DNA of 63,738 bases, filler included, from Rhizaria sp. SCN 62-66 (lineage: Eukaryota): assembly GCA_001724265.1 (NCBI GenBank). It is 6 parts of 6 records of this genome, joined end to end, with 100 filler letters (N's around TTAATTAATTAA, not from the genome) between each part and the next. Parts side by side here need not be neighbours in the genome. Positions count along the whole stretch, not along the records: positions 13,482 to 18,850 come from MEDY01000673.1; positions 18,951 to 39,406 come from MEDY01000674.1; 4 more parts are not named here. One strand, given 5' to 3'. Below, one piece after another: positions 13,484 through 25,752 of the stretch. The notes under the pieces were generated by a model. That model was not told the DNA's origin, made no database searches, and worked only from the letters and a program-made list of their open reading frames with translations. Position numbers and translations under genes: made by a program. Positions within the stretch are counted from its first letter, which is position 1, and the number at the start of each line of letters is the position of its first letter.

Positions 13484-16400
13484 CGCGCGCTGGAGCGCCA
13501 GGCCGTGCGCGCGGGGGACCCCGCGGCGGCCGCGGCCGTGGCGGCTGCGGCGGGCGTGGCGCCGCTGTCAGCGCTCTCGGTCACCGCCGTTGCCGCCGTC
13601 GCCGCCGCGGGCGTTGCAGGCGGGGCCGGGTCCGCTGCGGGCACTGGCAGCGGCGGCGGCGGCGACGGCGACGGTGGTAGCAGCGGCGGAGTGTCGAGCG
13701 ATGACGTGTCGCGCGCGTTCGGGCCCGTGCCGCCGCCGCCGCGCGAGTACACGCTCTACTTGCCCTGTGCCAACGCCAACAGCAGCGCCAGTCGCAACGG
13801 CAATGGCAGCGGCAATAGCAGCGGCGCGATCGCAACGACAACAAGCGTCAGTCAAACCACACCCGCCCCCGCGATCGACGCGGCGACGTTGGCGCAACTG
13901 CGCGCCCTCGCCCCCGCGCTGCCTCTGGCCGAGCGCGCCCGCCTGCAGCTGCCGCCGCCGTTACCGCTCGGCGGTGGCGCTGACGCTTACTCGGGCTCCT
14001 GCTCGGCGCAGAGCGGCTTGCCTTGCAGTCGCGCCCCGGACACCGACGCCTCCGGCACCGACCTCCCCGCGGTTGCGCTCGCGTTCGCGGTCGCGGTGCC
14101 TGGCGGCGTGCGGCCCCTTGAGTACCTGGACGGGCTGGCCGCGGCGGCGGCGGCGGCGCTCAAGGCGCTGGCGCAGGCACATGCGAGCACAAACACAAGC
14201 GCAGATGTCGGCACAAACACAGCCTTGACTACCCATAGGCCGTCTTCCCCCAGTGCGAGTGCAAACGTAAATGGTTCTGTATCTGTATTGAGTCAGCAGC
14301 AGCTTAAGGCCTACCTGGACCGTGCGCTGTTGCTGGCGGAGCTGCCCCCTTGGGCGCTGAGCGGCCTAACCTCCCCCGAGGCGGCCTATGTTCCGCAGAC
14401 GTACGCCTCGCAGGCGCGGGTGCAGGCGCAGACGCAGGCGCAGCAGCTCTACACCGGCGCGGTGCAGACCGGCGCGCGGTCAGTGCTTGCGATGGCGCTG
14501 GGCATTGGCAGCGATAATACCAACAACAGCACGAACGACAACACAAACTCTAACAGTGGACTGCTCTTGCAGCAGCAGCAGCAGCAGCAGCAGCAGCCGC
14601 GCGGCGCGTTACTGTCGAGCCGTGAGCGTGAACGCGCTCATTTGCACCGCCTGCGCGCGCTGGAGCGCGAGTACGTGGATCACAAGCACCGACAGGCCCA
14701 CTTAGACCCGTCTAAATGGATGGTGCTCGACACGAGCGTGCTCGCATCGGACCTCGTGCCGCCGCTCTCAGACGCGAGCACGGGCCACGCGCACAGTCAC
14801 TCTCTGCCGCCGTCGCGCGCTCTCGCGCACGCGCACTTACAGCCGCAGTCCCATGGGCAGCCGCAGTTCGTGTTGCCGGCGCAGTCGCTGTCGGTGCTGC
14901 CGCGCAGGCTGCTGCTCTTCGCCGTGCAGTCCGCGGCCGCGCTGTACGAGCGCGTGGGCTACTGGGAGGCGCTCTCGCTTCCCGTCACGCCGGCGCCGCC
15001 TACGGTCACGAATCCACCGCCCACGGCGGGCACGGATGCGGCTCACGCGCCGACTGTGCCGGCGCTGGTTGTCGCCGCGGTCACCACTACCAGCAGCAAT
15101 AGCAGCAGCAGCAACAGCAGCGTCGGCGCTGGGAACGCGCGCGTCATCGCCAAGTCAGCCGTTCTCCTTGCCGACAACACCTGTCGCGCCGACGCTCAGA
15201 GTCACAGTCGCAGTGGCGGTAGCAGTGGCGCGCGCGCCAGTCGTGCGGCTGTGATCGCGGAGCCCGTGCTGATCGCCACCGTGGGCTTCGGCCCCGTCAC
15301 GGTCACCGCGCTGCCCGACACCGTTCTCACTCTGGTCACGCCCGCCTCGGCCGCGGCCGCTGGGGGCTCCGCCGCCACAGCGTCGGCCTCCGTGTCCGTG
15401 GCGGGCTCGGCGACGGTCTCGGCGGTGGCGACGCCCGTCTGCTCGCCGCGCGCGCTCTCTGCGCTGCCGCCCGTCTCCCCCTCCGCCGGCCTGCGGGCAG
15501 CGCCGGCGCTGCTGTCGCCCTCGCTGCTGCCGCCGCTGCTGCGCCCCCGCGACCTGCTCGAGTCGCTCTCGGTGCAGTGGCTGCGGGCGCGGCTGGAGCG
15601 CGCGGCCGTCGCGGCTGCCGCGATCTCCGCCGCCGCAGAGCCGGGCTCGGCCCCGGTCTCAACCCTCGCTCAGAAGAACAACGGCAACGCCAGTTGCGGC
15701 CTTGTCGCAACCGCTGTGTCCGACGCCGCTACCGCAGAGCGTGGAGACGGGAACGACGGCGACGATGACGACGACGAGGACGAGGGGGAGGACCACCGCG
15801 ACGATGCTGAGGCTGCCTCGGCCGCGGCCGCCGTCGCCGCGGGGCTGCGGCTGAGCGCGCGCGCGCGGACGCGGGCCGGCGCGGCGCTGCGCGCGCGGCT
15901 GACCCCTTCACATGGCTGCTACCCGCGCGCGCTGCTGCGGCGGGTACTCGAGGCCGCCGCGGCGGCCTGCGGGGCGGTGCTGCCCGACTGCCCGTCAACA
16001 GCACTGCCGCAGCAGCAACAGCGGCAGCAGCCACAGCAAGCTGTGGATGTGATGACTGCGACGCTGACAGAGGAACAGCGGAAACAGCTCCAGCTGCAAT
16101 GGCTGTCACCGGCCGCGCCTCTCTCGCCCGCGACAGAAGCAACGCCAGCCAAGCCGCCGCCCGCAACACCCACGTCACCCGTGTCGCTGCCTTCGAGCAG
16201 CGCGGGCACAGCGTGGCTGCCGACCCACGCGGGCGTGCTGCTGCCGTCGCGGCCGCTGCCGCTCAACGTGTTCCCGCCAGTGCTGCTGAGCGACCCCGCG
16301 CGCGTGCAGGCCCCGCGCGCGGCCGCGCTGCCCGCGCGCCTACAGTTTGACGCCGCGGCGCAGCGCGCGCTGGGCGAGGACTCCGACCGCGAGGAGGAGG

Positions 16401-18850
16401 CCGAGGTCGCGCGCGAGGCGCAGGCCGGGGCCAAGGCTGGGGCTGAGGCCGACAGAGCGCGTGGCGACGCGGACGACGGGAGCAGCGACGACGCTGGTGC
16501 TGCTGCTGGCGAGGATCAAGCTGACGACAGCGTCAGCAGTGGCAATGATGGCGATGACAGCAATGAAGACGACGACGGTGACGACGGCAACGCTGAGACT
16601 GCTGCCAAGATTGACACCAAGGCTGCGACCAGCGTCGAAGCCAGTGATCGGTTGGCTGCACGCACTGTGCGACGCGTCATAGCCGGCTCTCTTGCGCTCA
16701 CTGCACATGTGCACGTGCTGGCTTCCTCAGTGATGAATCTCCATTCTAGTGACAACAATGTAAGCACAGATCTGTGCAGTCTTGCGGCGAGCGCTATTAC
16801 AGACGTGCGCGCCTGCCGCGTGCTATTCCAGGCCCTCGCGCTGGAGCTCCGGGCGTTGGTCCCACCCCTCGCGCCCGCGGAGCGCCGCCGTCTCCGCCGC
16901 AGCCTCTGTATCGCCCTTCACCGCGCGCACGGTCGCACGAACAGCGGTGACGGTCTCACTTCCGCGCACACTGCACTGACGTTATTGCTGCGCGCGCAGC
17001 TTGCCACGCTGGCGGTCGCACACCGCCGCCGTGCTCTGCAGGCGCAGGCGCGCTTTGCCGCCGCGCTGGCCCGCGCGCGCGCACAGCGCCGACTCGAGGC
17101 CACGGTGAACTTCCTCGCGCTCTTCGCGCCGCAGACGACCGCGGCCGCGGCGCTGGAGGCTGAGCAGCGGCGCCGCCTTGCCGTCGCGCGGGCGCGCGCG
17201 CAGGCTGCGGCCGAGGCGGGCGCGGCGGGCCGGACCGCGGGCTTCGGCTCGGGCACCGTTGCTGCAGCCGACGACCCGGAGGCTGTGGGCCGCGAGCGGG
17301 TCACGGCGGCGCGCGCGGCGGCGGCGGCCAGCGGCGGCGCGGGGTACCTGGATGTCGACAGCAGCAGCAGCGGCAGCGACGCCAGCGATGCAGACGACCT
17401 AGGCACTGCCGCCGGCGGCCCTGGCTCCAACGCCAGCGCCCGCTCCAGCAGCAGCGGCGGCTTGGGCAAGCGGCGCGTGACTGAGCGGAGGCTGCAGCGG
17501 ATCGTGTTCAACGCCGCCGCAGCGCGCGCAGCCGACGCCCGCGCCGCCATCGCCTCGCCTACGGAGCGCACCGCCACCGCCGCCGCGGCAGCCGCCGCCG
17601 AGGCCGCGCTCGCACTGTGTCTGCCCTGGTCAGCGTCCTCGGCGTCGCCCGCCGCTGCGCTGACTGCGACGGCGACTGCGGCTGCCGCTGGTGGCGCGCA
17701 CGGCGTGGCCGCGGGCGAAGCGGGGGTGTCTGTGCGCGCGCTCACCGTGCTTGGACTGCCTGTGGTCGCCGCAGCGCCCGCGTTGGTGGACCCGGCGACG
17801 CTGGCGCTGCGCGCGGCTGCGACGAAGATGACGGTTACCACACCGAATGCGACTGCTACTCGCAGTATTGCCGCTGCCGGTGACGCTGACGGCCCGATGT
17901 TGATCGTGGTTGACAGCGACGACGACGATGTCGGCGACTACGACGGTGAGCCCGCTGCGGCGAGTGCGAGTGCGCATGCTGAGTTCACTGTAACTGTGCG
18001 CGACTGCAAGTTTGCGGTCAAGCAGGCAGTCGCTGCGGTTGCAGCGGAGCGCGCCGCCGCTGAGGCAGCGACTGCGGCACCCTCTGCTACCGAAGACGCG
18101 GCTTCACATCAGCACCAGCAGCAGCATCAACAGCAGCAGTCTATCTCGGGTGCACAGCGAAGCGCTGTCTCCGCGTCGCCCGTTAAGGCGAGCCCTGCAG
18201 CTGCGGGCGCGACGGCCGGTGCGAGAGGCAGAGGCAATGCGCCTGTGGCCGCTTCAGCAGCAACCGTCGCCGCCGCTGTCGCTGCCGTCATCGCCGCTCA
18301 AAACAAGGCTCAAGCGCGGCCGCAGTCGCAGTCTCTGGATGCCCTTGCTGCCGCCCAGCAGCAGCGGCAGCAGAATCAACGCGCAGCGTCCTCGCTGACA
18401 AACCTTGCCCCAAGCGACGGTGGTGGCTCCGCTGCGAGGGTGCCTGACAGTGCGCCAGCTACCGCTGGTGCGCGCGTGAGCGGCTTCACTGCACGCGCGC
18501 TGCGCTCCGCCGCCATCGCCGCAGCAGCGGCAGCGCGCGCGCATTCCGCCGCCGCCGCCGCGCATGCTGCCGTGCCCGCCGCGACCGACGCCGCCGACGC
18601 CCTTGCGCTCGCGCTGGCCTGCGAGGACGGCGACGCGGACGGCGCAGGCGCGGCAGCGACGACGACTGCTGGCGCGGGCGTGGGCTCCGACGCGGGCGAC
18701 GCGCTGCTGCAGCTGCCGTGGGGCGCCGCGCGCACGGGCCGCGAGGGCGCGCTGCAGCGCGCGCTGGGGCTGGCCGTAGCCGACGACGCGCACGCCAGCG
18801 TCGCGGGCTCACTCGGCTTCCGCCGCCGCGCCGCGCCGCCCGAGGCCGCG
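13484..18850 (+). CDS. Ala-rich hypothetical protein, open at both contig ends (about 1790 aa seen)
   Basis: One uninterrupted frame spans the whole contig, with the same codon style and poly-A/Q/S tracts as the other genes. No domain recognised. Confidence 0.75.
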
Positions 18851-18950
18851 NNNNNNNNNNNNNNNNNNNNNNNNNNNNNNNNNNNNNNNNNNNNTTAATT
18901 AATTAANNNNNNNNNNNNNNNNNNNNNNNNNNNNNNNNNNNNNNNNNNNN
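18851..18950. other. Artificial contig linker
   Basis: N44-TTAATTAATTAA-N44. Confidence 0.98.
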
Positions 18951-19753
18951 CACCTTTATATACCCGCCCCGAAACGACCGTGGGTGGTGTTTGCCCCAGT
19001 GTGAGCCTGTGAGACTTGGTGTTTTATGCAGAATGTCGGTTGTGACAAGCTACTTGCTGACTCGATTTCATGACGTGCCGAACATGTCATGACGTGAGAC
19101 CCACACCATTTTTAACAAGTTTCAGACATATTAATATCAACACTTGATTGACAAAGACTACTCTACGATTCATCTTCACATTGATTATTAGACCAGGATA
19201 TTACAGATATGCAGAAGTCAATGTTACGCGCGTGATGTAAAATGTCGTGCGTCACAGTCAACAACAACAACAACGACAATCAAAGCAGCGTTCAAGTAGA
19301 GGCCAACCACGGTTTCTGACTTTCAATACAACAGCAGAGCGAAGCGATTTTAGGTTTGTGGTCAGATTAGTTTTTCGGTCCGGTGCCAAATTGCATTTCC
19401 GGTTCTCACAGTCACCTTGGGGAGGCACCTCAAAATTGATGATATCTCGCTTACTCAAACGTCAGAGTGGATTATTTTTTCGATGGCGCGAATAGCCAGT
19501 CATGTTTGATATTGACAAATTACAATTTTCTTTTAGAATGTCATCTCTGTCGCGCTTGCCTCACTTTTCGAAGGTGTTGAAACGTCCTTTGAACGAGCAT
19601 CGAGCGTCCCCTTCCGTTTAGCTTTCTGTCGCCTTGTCTAACCACTGCTTTGATTTTGCCTTTCTTTCCACGTACAGTACTCAGTTTTTAATCCGCATAT
19701 TCTATTCAGAGCTGCGCTAAGTCCGCACACCACCCTTCTCCGTGCGTACTGCG

Positions 19754-22700
19754 ATGTCGCCACCCCACACAGCGTTTAACTGGCGGATGGCAGTCTTGGC
19801 CATCCTCCTCAGCGTCTTTGCATTTGGTACGTTTGTTTTCTGGCTGTCTTATTAAAACACACTAAAACTTCTCACACATTGCCCGCTTACTCATTGCAAC
19901 TGCCGCGACATTTTGGTTGCCTTATCCTCCTTTCCCCCCTCACCCCCGCTTCTCGCTCCTCATGCTCATACCATTTGGATCGATTTGCTTCGTTTGCTTC
20001 GTTTTCTTCGCAGTGTTTCCCGCATCCGCGGCGGTATACTTCAATAAGACGACTGTGGAGCCGGTTATTGCCTACACCTCCGCAGTCACACAGTACAGTT
20101 GGACGCTCCAAATCCACGCTGACGCCGCCTTCACTCAGGCGCCCAACCTCGCCTCAAGTACCAACATCACTGTGACGTATCCACCGACGACGACGGCCAT
20201 CGGCGCGCCGAAATGGGTAGTATACAACAGCGACGGCTCGATAATGCCCGCCACGGCAGATTGCACTCCCACGGCCGCTCCGCGCACTCTGCAGTGCCTC
20301 CTGCCCTCCGCGGTGACATGGACTCCGCTGCGCTTCACCATCGACGGTATGAAAAACAGCTTGTACTCCGTGACGAGCCTGGTGACTCTGACGACGAGTA
20401 TCAAGCTCCCCAGTGACGCGAACTTGTACTCCGACGAAGACACCGAGTTTGGCCACATTATTCCCGGTATTTTGACTGACGTGACTTTCCAGCCCTCGGC
20501 GATGATTGCCAATTTCGCCACGGACTACCTCATCTCGTTCACATCGCGCATTGCTTTTACCGCAAACGACGTGTTGATGTTCTCTCTACCGAACGCCACC
20601 ACGGTTTACGACACAAACACAACAAATTTCCTCTACAGTGTGACCTCTGACTGTACCTTCTACGAGTGGGAGGTCGACGAGCTCACGAATCCGCGTTGCC
20701 CGTCGATCACCGCGTCTAACTTCTTGTGCACGTTCACGGCCAGCACTAACGTGACCGACCCGTACGTGTCGTGCAAGTCTGGCTCCACGTTTGAACCCTC
20801 ACGGCTGCATTTTATTCTCACCAACTTGCGCCACCCGAGCTACGAGATCACCGCATCGCTGAACCGCGTTGTTCGAATCTATACGCCGGTGGAGAACTCC
20901 ACGATGGGCGTGCGCGACGAAGCCACAAACGGCTATCTCACCAAGGTCGTGCACTTGCCATGCGAAATCGGAACGTATTTTGAGAACAACCGCTATGACG
21001 GCGTCTGCGCCCCCTGCCAGGCAGGCAAATACTCCAACGTGATCAACAAGCTTGCTTGCGACAACTGCCAGGCCGGCAAGATTACGTCGCCGACCGCGAC
21101 GGGCATGTCTCAGTGCACGGACTGCGAGGTCGGCAAGTATTCGCTCAACACGACCTACTGCGACCTCTGTACACCCGGCCGCTACCAGGTACGTCGCAAG
21201 ATATGGTTTGAGCAACCTATCTTAATATATTTTTTTAATCGAAACTGTTTTTCATTCAATAATTACATTGCATGATTTTGCTGATATTAATTTTGTTTGT
21301 TTTATAATCTATAGAATATCATGCCAATATCCTCACGTTTATCGACTTGCTATCTTTCGTGTGATATTATGATATGTGTGTATCGCATTTGCATCTTTTT
21401 TTCTTCACACGTTCATTGCCTCTCCACACAGGGTGAAGTCGGCAAAGACACGTGTATTGACTGCGCAATCGGCAACTTCAATAACGCGACAGGCCAGCAA
21501 ACGTGCACGCCGTGTGAGCTGAGTTACTACGCGGCCTCCACGGCCATGACCGTGTGCTCCAAGTGCAACACGGGCTTCGCCACGCAGGCCACGGGCCAGG
21601 GCTCGTGCGAGTACTGCTCCGCAGGCTACTACATGTTCTCGGAGAAGAACTGTCAGCCCTGCCCGACCGGCTCCTACACTGCCGCGACGCACCAGCTGCC
21701 GCAGTGCACGGTGTGCGAACTGGGCAGGTACAACAGCGCGACCACGCAGACCGCGTGCTCCTCCTGCGCCGCAGGCACGTACGCCGCCGTCACGGGCACC
21801 GTCGAGTGCACCTCGTGCGAGGCCGGCCGCTACAACACCGCCACGGGCTTCTCGCACTGCAGCAGCTGCGAAGCCGGCAAGCGCGCCAGCCTGGCCAGCA
21901 AGGCCACGTCGTGCGCCGACTGCGACAACGGCCAGTACGCCGCCGCGGGCGCCATCGAGTGCTCCACGTGCGCCGCCGGGTCATACTCGAACAGCATCAT
22001 GGGCCGCGCCGCGTGCACCTTCTGCGCACGCGGCACTTACTCGGCCGCTGAGAAGTCCTCGACCTGCGACAACTGCGGCGCGGGCCGCTACGCCGAGGCC
22101 GAAGGGTCGTCGTCGTGCAAGAACTGCGAGGTGGGCAAGGCGACCGAGGCCGTGACGGCGTCGACGTGCCCCGCGTGCGCAGTCAACTTTTTCGCCAACT
22201 CGACGGGCATGTCCTCGTGCGTGGCTTGCCCCGACGACCTGCAGGCGCCCGACGAGGGCTCCACGTTCTGCTTCTACATCCCGCCGGGCTGTCTACGCGG
22301 CTACTACAACATCGGCACCAGCGACGAGTTCGTGTGCGAGCCCTGCCCCCTGGGCTCGTACAACAACGAGTACGCACAGACGGCCTGCAAGCCGTGCCCG
22401 CGCGGCACGTACACGAGCGTGACGGGCCGCTCCTACTGCGACGCCTGCGCCGTGGGCCGCTACGTCGACACCACGGGCGCGCAGACGTGCATCGACTGCC
22501 CGCTGGGCCGGTACGCCTCGACGCCCGGCCACCAGGTCTGCGCGGCCTGCGCCATGGGCCACACCACGCTCAACACGGGCCGCACGCTCTGCGACCAGTG
22601 CCAGTCGGGCACCATCGCGCCCTTCGAGGGGCTGCCGCAGTGTGAGGACTGCATCCGCGGCAAGTACAACGCGCTGTCGGCGGCCTCGGCGTGCAGCGAG

Positions 22701-24773
22701 TGTCCCGCGCAGACGGTGACCAATACGGCCGGCTCCAAGACCATCACCGACTGCGGCGTGGTCATCTGCCCGCTGCTGAGCGCGCTAGGCAACGGCCTCA
22801 GCGTGTCGCTGTCGCAGGGCATCTTCGGCACCTCGCGCATCGGCTCCGTGGCCACATACTCGTGCCTGTCGGGCTTCATCCTCGTGGGCGAGACGACGCG
22901 CACGTGCATCGGCGTCGGCTCCACGACGGGCGTGTGGACCGGCACGCAGCCGTCGTGCGTGTCCTCGGCCACTCCCAGCAACCCGCCCGTGGCGCGCGGC
23001 ATGATCTGGCAGTTGCAGCCGCAGCCGTCAGTGGTGACGTCAAACGCTGCGCAATTCCCCACACCGCCCGAGGTCGCGATCGTCGACTCGAGCGGCAACG
23101 TCATCACCGATGGCTCCGCCGACACCTACGCCGTGCTCGTCTCGGTCAGCATCCCGGCTGCGTCGCTGTCCAGCTCCGCACTCGCCGGCTCCAACCGGCT
23201 GCTGGGGCTGGTGCGGCGCTATCCGTTCCGCGGTGTCGTCGTTTTGACCGGGCTCAGCGTGCTCAACGTCGGCACCATGCAGCTCGTGGCCACCGCCTCG
23301 GGGCTCTCACAGGCTGTGTCCAGCTCCTTCACCATTGTGCGCGGCGCACAGGCGCTGGCGCGTTTCGTGTCGTTCCCCATGCGCGTCGTCAACGGCGCGA
23401 CCATCACGACCGCAGTCAACGTCTCGGTTACCGACGCCTGGGGCAACATCGTCACCACCACGACGACGGGCCGCGCGCCGCGCGTGACGCTCGCGCTGTC
23501 CGACTCGACCGTGGTGTTCAACGGGCTGCAGGGCAACACCGTGTCGGCCGACTGCGTCAACGGCATCGCCACCTTCACCTCGCTGACCATCGCGGTTGAC
23601 GACCTGGACACGGCCAGCAGCCGCTCCGTGGCCTTCGTCGCCACGGGCTCTGACCTGCAGTCGGCGCATTCGGCCGACGTGACCGTGTACGGCGCGCTCT
23701 CAAACGCGATCGTCGAGGAGCAGCGCGAGTCGGCGCGCTCGGCGGCCTTCTTCGTTGCCTTCTCGGTTCTCCAGGACCAGTCCTCTGCGATCGAGTCGTT
23801 CATGTCCTACTACCAGGAGCAGTACCGCCTCGACGTATGCGCCGCACTCGCGCTATCCACAGTCGGCTGCCGCCGCGTGCAGCTCGTGTCCTTCGTCTCG
23901 GGCACCGGCGCGCTGCGCAGCCCCGCGAGCTTCACCGCGCTCGCCGTCACGGGCCGCGCCGAAGAGGACGCCGCCATCGCCGCCGCGGCCGCCGTGGACC
24001 CGACCGTGGCGCGCTACGTGTCGGACCCGTACCTGCGCGACCTGCTGGCGGCGCACGGTGGCGTCTCCCCGCTCGTCGCCGCCGCGCGCGCCGACCACGG
24101 CGTCGCCGGCAAGTATTCTTCGGTCGACGCGTCCCCGACTCCGCGCTTCGAGACCGCTGCGCTGCCCGCCGAGCCCAGCACCGCGGCCAGCGGCAACAGC
24201 AAGAGCATGTCCCCTTTGGCGACGTCGACGGTCTACTCGGCGCACGTGCAGCTGAACCCGCCCCTGCTGACCGAGACGCCGCTCGCGCCCGCCGACACTC
24301 TGGCGCCGCGCGAGCTGGGCTTCCACATCGCCACGCAGGTCAAGGACTCGTACTCGGTGCTGCGCGTGGGCGCCGTGTCCTCGCTGATGTACCCCAGCTC
24401 GTTCGTGCTCGATGTGTCGGGCAACGACGTCGTGAGCCTCGGCGCCGACTACATAAACACCGGCGGCGGCGGCTCCGTCGTCGACGAGAGCGGGTTCAAG
24501 ATCGGCATCGGAATCGGCGCCGCCGTGGTCGGCATTGCGCTTATTGTCGGCCTCATCTACTGCTGCTGCTTCCGCAGGCGGTCCGAGCGCGAGGAGCTGA
24601 TCCCTACGGCGCCCGTGCCTCGCCACCTGCACAAGCACCCCGTCGAGGCGACCGTGGACATGTACTCGACGACCCCCAACCGCAGCAACACGCCGCTGAA
24701 CCAGACCAACAACGCCAAGACGCCGCGCCAGGGCCAGCGCCGCATGCGCCGCGCGCAGCCCATGAATGTGTGA
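19754..24773 (+). CDS. Cys-rich type I membrane protein (signal peptide, GCC2/GCC3 ephrin-receptor-like repeats, Sushi/CCP module, beta-rich stalk, TM helix); exons 19754-19826, 20014-21188, 21432-24773; 1529 aa
   Basis: The spliced N-terminus MSPPHTAFNWRMAVLAILLSVFAFVFPASAA looks like a signal peptide. Donors are GTACGT at 19827 and 21189 with frame-preserving CAG acceptors. Many C-x2-C-x2-G-x-Y repeats, a Sushi-like ATYSCLSGFILVGETTRTC..GVWTGTQPSC segment, and TM IGIGIGAAVVGIALIVGLIY followed by CCCFRRR. Ends in TGA. Confidence 0.88.
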
Positions 24774-25752
24774 GCAATGGCGAGCCTTTGCAAAGCACAA
24801 AACTCTTTTGTGAGTGTAAACAAACCCGATGATGCCTGCTGCGCAGTGCTCGAGAGTAGTCGCTCAGTGCAGGCGCGGCGCAGGCCGCTGATGCGGCTGC
24901 GCAATAGTTATACCTTTATCTTCTTCTTTAGTGTCTTTAGTTGTATTTCTCCTGTATTTGATTGTTTGCTGTACACCCTTTGTGTCGAGTTGAGCGTTTT
25001 TTGTTCGTGTGGTTTTTGCGAGTGATTTTAGTTTTGAGCGGAGGCTTTTCTGACTTGTTTCTACATATTTTTATTTCAGTTTGATGAAGTTATTCACTCA
25101 GGTGTGAATCGTCTCTGAAGCTCGGCTCCGTCGCTCGCTATTCTTCAGCCTTAGTTAAATCGTAGTGTCCACGTCAGTGGAGTGAGAGGTGCGCGACTAC
25201 ACGTGGTCACCCAATATATCGTCTGCTATGCTCCGATCACGCACTATACACCAATACATCGCTCTTATTATCCACATATCAAAGTCTGTTTGCCGTTTTT
25301 GCTTCTGTTGTAACACCGTCAAATCGATCGATTGGGTCAGTGATGATGGTGGTCGGTCGGTTGGTCAGTCGGCTTGAGGAGACGGTTCGCAAAAAAAAGA
25401 GGAGGCGCCGCCGCAGTTCTCGATTTCGATGTTCGCAAAGTGTATGTTACTCGACCAATTCTACGCCAATACGGCTTTTAGCAATCAAATCATGACAACA
25501 ACTTGCGGAAATATATTCAACATTCTTTATCTGCGCTAGGTTCTTCATTTACGCCTCCTAATCTTTGGTCTGCTTCGCCCCTCTGTGCCTCGCCTCACTC
25601 GGTTTCCTAACTCGCTATGTGTTCACGCTTCATTCCCTCCGCTTGTTTCTCCTCAGCTTTCACTCCCCGCCCATAGCCCTTTCCCCTGGGCCTCTTTTCC
25701 TTTCCGCCACTTTTTACTTCTCACCGCGCACAGGCCGCGACCAGGACCGGCC

